From Malacoraja senta (lineage: Eukaryota): 64,000 nucleotides of DNA. Position numbers and translations under genes: made by a program. The stretch covers positions 6,636,001-6,700,000 of the forward strand of contig CM075988.1 in assembly GCA_038087875.1 (NCBI GenBank), read 5' to 3'. Under the pieces are notes generated by a model. It saw nothing but the letters and a program-made list of their open reading frames with translations, had not been told where the DNA came from and did no database searches. Below, piece after piece: positions 32,801 to 64,000 of this stretch; position 1 is the stretch's first letter; each line of letters opens with the position of its first letter.

Positions 32801-35654
32801 TTGTGTCACCACCGTTGCTTTTCTGTGAAACTGTGCTGTTATGTTGTCTACAAGGTTGTGAGTACATTGCAATTCTTTAGTTTAGTTCAGAGATGGATTC
32901 AGCCCACCGAATCCACGGCAACCATCCATCACCGGTTTACACCACTTCCACATTATCCCATTTTCTCATCCACACCCTGCAAATTAGCAGCAATCTAATG
33001 GTCAATTAACCTACAAATTGGTGCGTCTTTAAGATACGGGAGGAATCAGAAGCACCCAGAGAAAACCATGTGGTCACAGGGCGAATGTGCAAACTCCATG
33101 CAGACAGCAGCAGAAGGATCAAACAAAAAGTCTCTGGTGCTGTGAGGCAGCAGCTCCACCAGATGTGCTACTCTTCACCTAGGGACTATAGTTTTGAATT
33201 ATTTAGTTTAGTTTATTGTCATGTGTGAAAAGGTTTTTTGTTGCATGCTAACCAGACAGCGGAAAGACTATACATGGTTACAATGAGCCATCATCCACAG
33301 TGTAAAGATACAGGATAAAGGGTATAACATTTAGTGCATGATAAAGTCCAGTAAAGATAGTCCGAGTGTCTTCAATGAGGTAGATAGTAACTCAGGACTG
33401 AAACAGCCTCTTGCCTTATGGGAGAGGGACTGGAGTGAGACTCATCCTTGATTATGCTGGCGGTCTTGTCAAGGCATTGTGAAGTATTGATGGAGTCGAG
33501 AAGGGTCTCGACCCAAAACGTCGGCAATTCCTTTTCTGCAGAGATGCTGTCTGACCCGCTGAGTTACTCCAGATTTTTAAATCTATCAATGGATCCAAGG
33601 GAGGTTGGTTTCTGTGATGGTCTGGGCTGTGTCCCCAATTCTCTGCAATTTCTTGCGGAGGAGAAGGGTGGGAGGCGGGAGATGTAAACAAAGATCTGAT
33701 TGTACCATTCTATTATTGGATCCAATTTAATTTGCATCCTGGATCTTTTCCTATCAGTCTTTTATCTGATAATAGTAAAAAAAAACTGCATCCACCAACA
33801 AAAGCACTTTTTATTTCAAAATGTCATTACTTTTGACAAACTACACAAGAATCTCTTCCTGAATTTTTTGAGCAACTACACAACCCCAGTAAACAGCAGT
33901 AAAATTAAACTTGTGTGGATAAAATAAAAAGCATTGAAAAGAAAAATGTCAACATTTAAAGTGAGAGCACTAGAGTAAAGAGAACAGGGCAGGAAATGAT
34001 CCGGGATCCTAAATTAAACACAAAGTGGTCAGATGGATTAAGAAGGAATGAGGGTCAGCTGAAGTATGCTCTTAGGCCAATGGACTAAATAGTTCTCATG
34101 CTTGACATTTATATATCAGTCTCGGGAGTGTCTGGGTGAGATGATTCAGGTGGTGGAACAGCAGGTTGTTCACACCACAATCTTTACAAAGCCCAGATCC
34201 TCAAGATTCCCTCTTTTCTATAAAATCTCTTTTGTAAGTCAATAAACCAAGTTCTCATAAACTTCACAAACTCTAACCAAGTTGGAATATTATACACATA
34301 GATCTACACCCCCCCCCCCCCCCCCCCCCAGCAATTTAAATGTTTATTTGACTGCTTGACTGCGGGAGAAGAATAAAGAACAGAGAACAGGGAAGAGATA
34401 AGACTTTTGCCTTCCATCACAGTGAGGAGGTGTTTGGAGATTCACCGTGATGGATGTTTGTGTGGAATTGTGTTAATTGTGTGGGTTGTTTTTTTTTGCT
34501 GTTATGACTGCAGGAACGAAATTTCGTTGAACGTTGGTGTTAAATGACAATAAATGGCATTCTAAATTCTTCTTCTAAATTACTTTGCATGCTATTTTTG
34601 TCAAAAACATAGGTTATTTATGAAGCACAATGTACTCTACAGCCGTGTGTTTCTTGGAATCAAAACTTTAAACTCGGAAACTTCAGCTGTATTTTCACCC
34701 TTTACCAAAAACAAGAATTTGGATTTGGACTCATTCCAACAGTGAAACACTTGGAACCAATATTTTATTCAATAGTTTGCAGAAAATTATTCATCTTTTG
34801 CGACTTTGGGGCATTGAGTGCCATCCTCCATAAACTGAGCTCAGACTCTTTATCAAGAAACACTTGGCTCCAAACAAACCTCTTTGATGTGGTCTCTATA
34901 GTTTTCTAGGTACCGGCAGTACATTAACTGTAACTGATTCTAGCCACTACTTTCAATGCAGACAGACCTAAGATAATCTTGTGACACACAGGCAGTCCTC
35001 CAAAGTAGTTACAGCAGAATATCCCTCATCATTTAAATCTGAACACAAAACCATTTAGAAAAATCTAGTTGCGAGAGAGGGAGATTAATTTTAGATAAAA
35101 TACTACCCACGTTAACATCTAATCCTGATGACTTGTCGATTTCTTCTGCTCCCTTGAGTCTGATTAATTCTTTAAAGCACGAGTTGTTAATAAACAAATA
35201 TCTACCATGAGGAACTTCATTTTATTGCTGCACATACACAGCAGTGAACAGAAAGGGAGCTAATCAACCACAAAAGCTGAATTGTTTTAAATCAAAGACA
35301 AAATTAAGTTGTTGTATTGGGAATTAGATTCAGTTATAAGATGTGTTACAGCTAACAAAGTATTGCATACCTATGATGTGAAATCAGCAGGTCATGAATT
35401 CCACAATTGGCCATGGTCCGAGGAATGCATCAAATGTTACAGCTGGCAAAGTAACAGCTCTCCGTCACCAGATACGTTGATCTGTGCAGATAAGCGTTCC
35501 AGTGAGAGGTGGGGGCTTCACAAACTACAGAATTTGAGAAAATGAGGTAACTATTGTCAATCTGTAGAATACTCTACATTGAAATATGTCATAGTAAACA
35601 CAAGATCTCAAATCCAACTATTTCTGCATTTTAATCAATGCTCAGAATTCACTG

Positions 35655-35858
35655 AGAGGGAGAGAGAGAGAGCAAGTGGGGGAGGAGAGGGGGTGAGGGA
35701 GAGAGAAAGAGTGAGAGCAGGGAGAGAGCGAGAGAGGGGAGAGAGAGAGAGAGGGCGAGAGGAGGGAGAGAGAGAGAGAGAGAGAGAGTGGGGGGAGAGA
35801 GAGAGCGAGAGTGGGGCGAGAGAGCGAGAGTGGGGAGAGAGGGAGGGGGGGAGAGACG
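35655..35858 (+). repeat. Imperfect (GA)n microsatellite downstream of the chek1 stop
   Basis: Direct inspection. Confidence 0.9.
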
Positions 35859-36062
35859 GGGTGCTAAAATTATCAGCCCGATCTCGCAACTATCAGGTCT
35901 TGGATTAGGCCCAATATCTCCCCAACACCTGCGGCAAGACCTATCTCAGACAGGACAAGCATTATTTTTTTTTAGATACTTGTGAAAAATTATCTTGACA
36001 TTTCCAGAACATTTTTAGAAGCAATGTGGCCCACAGGTTGGGCATGCTGCTGTAATAAACAC

Positions 36063-36068
36063 TTTATT
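36063..36068 (-). promoter_or_regulatory. Candidate chek1 polyadenylation signal (AATAAA)
   Basis: First AATAAA I found on the minus strand after the stop, about 420 nt downstream; others lie further on (e.g. 35221-35226). Confidence 0.4.
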
Positions 36069-36485
36069 GGCCCACTGTCACAACCCCACCTCTCCACTGG
36101 CTTGACTTTGGTTGTGAAAACCCTTGACCAGTGCTACACCTAACTGGGGACTGACATTTAACAGTGCCTCCCAACATTGCTAAGAAGAGAATCTACATTA
36201 AGCTAGCTGGCAGAGATTCAAACAGTGACCCAGCCACCCAGAATGGGGGTGAGAGAGAAGCATTGCTTTTGATTGACCCGAGTGAATTTGTTCAGGTATA
36301 AGCTCTGCTGCTTTTAGTCGATTATCTATCACTTGAAATCTCTCCGGCTGAACTCCTACCGATCAACCATAAACAAGCACACACTTTAGTGTGTTCAAGT
36401 CGAGTCAAATAATGTAACTCGGCCGTTATCCTACACAATACTACTGGTAGCATCATCCCAGCAGATACAACGCTCAAATATAAAA

Positions 36486-58205
<21,720 letters not shown>

Positions 58206-59399
58206 CATCCTGCACAATCACAGATGGTGCTGAAAAAAGTAACCCAACAGAAATATAATCAGATATACAAGAATAGTTTTTTATCCCAGAATCTATGCAT
58301 CGCTGGCAATGCCACCTTTTATCACACATCTAGTATTGACCCCAGGAAGGTGGCAGTGAATGCAGTCTTGAACAACTGCAGTCTTCTGCTGAAGATTCTC
58401 TACATTGTCATTGGGGAGGGTGCTCTAGGATTCAGACCCATTGAAGGACGGACAGGATAATCAGTATTTTCTGTTATATTTTTCAGATTTCCAGAAGTTG
58501 TGTTTTCTTGTTCTGTACATTTCCAGGTCACAATAACATGCTACTTCAAGCAATGTGCAGGTAGAGTTCATATGTTTCCACTGCCCCATCCTTCTTGAAG
58601 GTGAAGTGAACCGTGGAGGCCAAAGATTGGGGAAGGGCGGTACGGTGGCTCAGTGGTAGAGTTGCCTTACAGCGCTTGCAGCTCTGAGACCCAAGTTCGA
58701 TCCCGACTTCGTGTGCTGTCTGTACGTTCTCCCTGTGACCATGTGAGTTTTCTCCGAGATCTTCGGTTTCCTCCCACATTCCAAAGACGTACAGGTTTGT
58801 AGGTTCATCGGCTTGGTATAAGTGTAAATTGTCCTTCGTGTGTGTTAATGTGCGGGGATTGTTGGTCGGTGCGTGCTCGGTGGGCCGAAGGGCCTGTTTC
58901 CACGATGTATCTCTAAACAAAACTAAAAAGGGCTATTAAAGGGCTGGGCAAATGCAAAATATTTCTAACAAAAAGGCTTTGGAATGTCAGCAAGCAAATC
59001 GTTCATTGCAAGGAATCAAGATTCTCCCCTCTTCACGGCAAGTGATTTAATTGTGAGTCGTCCAATTGAATTTCTTGTCAGACGTCACAAGAATTTTGAC
59101 AGTAATGGTGATTACATTTTAACAGTAAACGGTTAGCATTTTTTCTGGTGGATATGGTCAGCAAGTGAAAAAGGTGCTATTTGCCATGTAGCAATCCAGT
59201 CCACACAATTGTCCAAATCTTGTTGGATACAGGCATGGACTGCTTTATTTGCTGAGTTGCAAATGAAGTTCAACATTGCACAACCATCAACAAATATCCC
59301 CATTCCTGACTACCTGATGGAAGGTCATTGATAATGCAGCTGAATAGGGTTGCAGCTCGTCCATCTTCCCAAAGAACTCTTGCAGTGCTGTTCCACTGA

Positions 59400-59940
59400 G
59401 GGTGAATGAGTTTAACACCCCAGTAATGAAGGTCTCCCTACTGTGCAGTGTCTACCATTCAGTGGTGGCCAGTGCTCTGTTTTTTGCGGTGGCCTGTTGG
59501 GGAGATGGCGCTCGCATAGCGGACAAAAACAGACTGGACAAACTGATCAGGAAGGCCAGCTCAGTGGTCGGGGCTGAGCAACGAACGGTCCAGCAGGTGG
59601 CAGAGGCCAGATCTCTGAAAAAACTGGGTTCTATAATGACCAACCCCACTCACCCACTCCATGCCCTGAAGGTGATCAAGAGCAGCAGCTTCAGTCAGAG
59701 ACTGATTGCACCAATGTGCAAAACGGAGAGACATAGGAAGTCCTGTTTACCAGCTGCGATAAGATTATACAATGCGCATAAATAACTGCACTTTTTAAAA
59801 ATTAATTGTATTTTAACTTGTATTTTAACTTGTATTTTAACTTGTTAAGTATGGAAGCTATTTGTGGTGTTATGTATGTCTTGAAGCTGTCGTGGCATTG
59901 TAATTTCCTGCAAAGGATTATTAAAGGTATATCTCTCTCT
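59400..59940 (+). mobile_element. Rex1/Babar-like LINE 3' fragment
   Basis: SVVASALFFAVACWG...RLDKLIRKASSVVG...HPLH...KTERHRKS.LP.AIRLYN. Confidence 0.8.
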
Positions 59941-60203
59941 TATCTCTCTCACGTATCTCATCTTTGGAATCTGAGCATGGGTGAGCACGACCTCTTGAGA
60001 TCAAGATCATTGAGCCCTTCCAATACTTTAAGGATTGACAGTAGTCAACCAGATGATACTTAGCTAGATTGGATTTGACCTGCCATCTGTAGCAGGACAC
60101 AGGCAATTTCAGTCTTGTAGGTATGAGTTGTAAATGTTCTGGCAAATTTTCGGGGGTTGGACCAAAATGTTCGTTTAGATTAGAAGAGATAGAAACAGGC
60201 CTT

Positions 60204-60403
60204 NNNNNNNNNNNNNNNNNNNNNNNNNNNNNNNNNNNNNNNNNNNNNNNNNNNNNNNNNNNNNNNNNNNNNNNNNNNNNNNNNNNNNNNNNNNNNNNNN
60301 NNNNNNNNNNNNNNNNNNNNNNNNNNNNNNNNNNNNNNNNNNNNNNNNNNNNNNNNNNNNNNNNNNNNNNNNNNNNNNNNNNNNNNNNNNNNNNNNNNNN
60401 NNN
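60204..60403. other. Assembly gap (200 N)
   Basis: Run of N. Confidence 1.
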
Positions 60404-60439
60404 TTGAGAAGTCTGCTTTCTCTTTCTCTTTCTATCTAT

Positions 60440-62640
60440 CTATGGGGAATAATCTGGATAAAAGTGACAGGGAACGCCTGTGCAACATGTGTAATTTGAA
60501 TCCTAAAAGTAACAAAGAATATAGAATATTAAGTTCTAAGCTAACCAAATGTTTGGGACATGAATCTTAGCCGGTTGAAGGAACATGGGATGTAGAAACT
60601 TAAAAAGGAAAAAAAAAGGGAAAAAGAAAAAAGGCGCTGAAATGATATAACCCCGGGGACCCCTTGTCTGACATAAGCAACCCTGTTTATAGAAGAGGGG
60701 GGATGAAGGAACAAATTCGATGGGGAAATGAGGAACAAAATCGGGAATAGTGTAGACCTGATACCAGTGTGGCGGCGCGGATTACTGCAGCGGCCCCTAC
60801 AGCCTGTCTGTCTTTTTTTTTATTTTTGTCTAGTTAAAGGTAGTTGTTTGTTGTTTTATACAGTTTTTAACTGTGTATATGTGGGGGGGGGGGAAGGGGG
60901 AAACTTTAAAAAATCTCTTCCCTGCACGGGAGACCCGACCTTTTCCCTGTCGGGTCTCCGTTGTCGTTGGGGCCTAGCTCCGTGGAGCGGCCTCCGACCG
61001 GGACGACCTGGGGGCTCCAGTCGCGGAGCCTGTGGAGCTGTGGACTTACCATCGTGGGGCTGGCCGGCCTCGGAGTGTGAGGAGCGGTGGTGGCTCGCTG
61101 CTGCCGCCCGACTCCGGAGCTCCAGCTGCAGACCGGTGGACTATGATATCGGGAGCTCGCGGGTCCGGGTGGGAGACCGCTTTCCGGAGCTCCCGCAACG
61201 CAAATTCTCCCGCCCGTGTCGCGGGGTTGGAACGACCCGGAGCGGGGCCGTAAATCGCCCGGTACGTCTTTAATGGCCGCAGGACATTCCAGCGCCCGCC
61301 AGGGGCTCCAACTTTGTGACTTTTGGGCCCAGAGCGCGGCCGTACACCGCCCGGCGCGGCCTCAACGGCCATGGGACTTAACATTGCCCGCCTGGGGCTT
61401 CAACATCGGGAGAAAAATGGTGCAGGGGAGAGAAAAGACTTTGCCTTCCATCACAGTGAGGAGGAGATTCACTGTGATGGATGTTTTTTCTGTAAATTGA
61501 ATTGTTTGTGTGTCGTGTAGGAATTGTTTTGTTTGTATGGCTGTGGAAACGGAGTTTCGTTTGAGCCTCTTTGAGGTTCAAATGACAAGAAATAAAATCT
61601 AATCTAACCACCTCCCCCATATAAGATCCTGTAGGGGTGGGGGGGGGGGGGGGGGAGGCTCCAGCACCCCTACAGGGAAGGGCACCCCCAGCAGAAACTG
61701 ATACTGATAGCGACTTGGAGACTGAAAAGGCAGATGAGAAAGCAGAAGGGAAAGGGCTGATGCAGAAGAAGAAGCAGTAATTGAATTCAGCAGTGAGAGA
61801 GTTAAACAATGCAGATGACCGGAGAGAGAAAACAGCAGATAAATTAAAGATTGGAAGGGAAAAAAGCATGAGAATTGAGGCTGCTTAAAAACTTTAACTC
61901 ACAAGCCAACAGCCTATACCGTTTAAAACAAACTTAACTTCGAACTTTGAATCAATTTTGGCACAGAGCTGGAGAGAGAGAAAGACAGAGCGGAGAGTTT
62001 GTGAGTGACCCAATGGTTGTGGGGTGTGGCAAGATCTTGATTGATAGGAAGTCTGACTAATGACAATCTGGATCAATGTCCAATCACAGTGCCCAGGATT
62101 CTGATTGACAGGGAATTGGACCATCCCATTGTGAATCATACCGGCCTGCCCATTCCAAGCAGATGAAGCTTTTTGTGGGCTTGGTTAATTCTTATTCATT
62201 TTAACTCTCTTTCCAACAAGAAGAAGACTTTCATGACTTAAAGACAACGCTGACAACTACACTAGCCTCAGCCTTCCCAGTCCACCTAGCCATTATTAAG
62301 TGCAATACCCATATGAGTGGCCATGACAAAGTCTCCCAGGGGAATGCCTGAGCTAATAGTACTGCTCACATGGCAACTTGTAAATTCTGGTCCAAAAAGA
62401 ATTAATGATTCTAGTAAACAGAACAGACTTGTCAGACAAGGGAAGGTTTAGAAATTGCAAAGGGACGCCTTTGAATAGGAAAAATAATTATGGAAACGAA
62501 AGGGCAGTGCCATTGATTCCACTACGGGACTCTGGATCACACCACTTTTGGACAAATTTGTGTAATTGATGTTTTTCTGTCTGTTATTTTATTTTATATG
62601 CACTCCCTTGTGCATGCTGGTGAGAAGGAAAAACAATAGA
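60440..62640 (+). mobile_element. Highly decayed endogenous retrovirus remnant (gag/pol)
   Basis: RNase H-like HLAIIKCNTHMSGHDKVSQGNA*ANSTA at 62283-62375; FHDLKTTLTT (RT connection) at about 62230; HSLVHAG (integrase HHCC-like) at about 62601; possible myristoylated MGNNLDK gag start at about 60442. Confidence 0.65.
60763..61605 (+). mobile_element. GC/CpG-rich unclassified interspersed repeat; relatives at about 31860-32570 (minus) and about 34350-34560 (plus, 3' part)
   Basis: Shared 5' gcc...acag(c/t)ctgtc...T-rich...poly-G region and 3' gacttt(a)(t)gccttccatcacagtgagg ... gacaataaa-like end. Confidence 0.7.
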
Positions 62641-64000
62641 GATACACCGTACAATTTAAAAACCTAATTGTGATGCCCATTTTCCTTTGTGAAAATTCCA
62701 TGCTAATTTAGTAAATGTGTGAAATGGGAGGCAAGCTTATGAACGTATTTGGGTGTATCAACGTTTTAAGAGTTTGAATGATTTCCTTGAGGTGTGTATT
62801 ACTGTGTTTTACTTTTGAGTGATGTTATTGTTTAAAGTGTGAATGTCTGTGAGATGTAGCATATTGTATGTGTAGCAACTTGTGAGTGGATGTCACAGGA
62901 ATAAAGGTATAAAATAAGTAAATTTAAAGATTGTTACGTGTTTGTGGAACCGTTGGATGAATGCTGATTTAATCCTACACTTCAGATGAAATAGGATATC
63001 ATTGAATGAGCTTGCTCTTTTATGTAGTGTGTGTCTCTTTAAGAAGTCAGTAGCTGTGTGGAGGTGGAGCCACACAAGGTTATTTTTAATTCCTTTGGTC
63101 TTTGCAAATGTGTTAGCAATCTATGGAAATTAAGTTCATTCTTTATTTTCTCTTAACTTTCAATAGAGGAGAGATGAAAAAATGTAGGGTGTTTGTTTTG
63201 TCTTATTGGTGTTTTAAGTGTTTTCTTCCTATTTTTAAATCTTTTGAATTGAGTAAAAAAAAAGGAGACAATATCTCAGTCCTAAATGGCCTACCCCTTA
63301 TTCTTAAAGGGACTGGTTTCACGTTTCCAGAAGGCCACTTGTGCCAAAAGAGCGAGTGCTAACATATCAGTTATTGATCATCCATGTTATTAATTTGGGT
63401 TTTAAAAAAGGAGCAAGACTTTTATAATCAAATTGGTTAGTAAGTGGTGATGACATAAAATTGCAGGGTGTAGGTTGACTGAGACAGAATTTGACAGTTG
63501 GAGCATAATGTAGGAATATATATATATATATTTTCATTTAGGGAGGAAGAATAGAAAATAAGAGTATCTAAACTTTGGAATGTAACTCTGCAAGGGGATT
63601 TGGGTGTCCTTGTAGTTGAATAATGAAGCTAACGTGCTGGTTTAAAAAAAAAAAACAGCACGTTATTATTTGGCTGAAGATAGCCAGGGGCAAAGTGCCT
63701 GTAAAGAATGAAAAGTACATTAAGAATATCTTAAATAATGTTCTTTCTAATGTGGTGAAAATAACGATTTTTTTGTCTCTTAGAATGCAAATGAGGAGCC
63801 AGTTTTCCCGTTTCCTGTCTTAAATGTGTGGAAGGAAGCCTGTGTTTTTTGCTAGTTGATTACATCAGACCGTAGTTTGAGAAAAATAATTATGGGGAGT
63901 AAATGTTGAGATAATTGCAGTGCCAAATGGAAAATGAGTGTAGCCTGCAGATCAACATGGATAGATACATTTCATAGGACCCTTCCTCTAGCCATAAAAT

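Noticed and set aside
35579..35985. ER/G-rich and SL-rich ORFs
   Set aside because: Translations of a (GA)n microsatellite.
60728..61520. GC-rich ORFs / apparent CpG island as the chek1 promoter
   Set aside because: It belongs to an interspersed repeat with relatives at 31.9-32.6 kb and 34.4 kb.

Overview
Repeat-rich vertebrate genomic DNA; the HE1/V-SINE and CR1-type repeats point to a cartilaginous fish, probably a skate or ray (inference). Two multi-exon genes lie on the minus strand. (1) chek1 has a complete coding region: 12 coding exons, 58205->36486, 1434 nt / 477 aa, all GT-AG with consistent phases. (2) About 9 kb downstream is a gene the ORF track does not reveal (about 27392->11962). 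It is predicted to encode an N-terminal transmembrane segment joined to only the last two spectrin repeats (SR8-SR9-like) of a plakin (plectin/dystonin-like) domain, i.e. a roughly 350-aa membrane-anchored 'mini-plakin'. The rest of the window is mostly repeats: tRNA-derived SINEs; CR1, Rex1 and HERO-like LINE fragments; a Penelope-like GIY-YIG remnant and its very abundant terminal repeat, which carries minimal hammerhead-ribozyme motifs (some copies form short hairpin insertions with target-site duplications); four PIF/Harbinger-type MITEs; a deleted Tc1 element; a dispersed 1.2-1.6 kb duplication; a 200-N gap; and a decayed ERV after the gap. All homology calls are by eye against remembered sequences; no searches were run.
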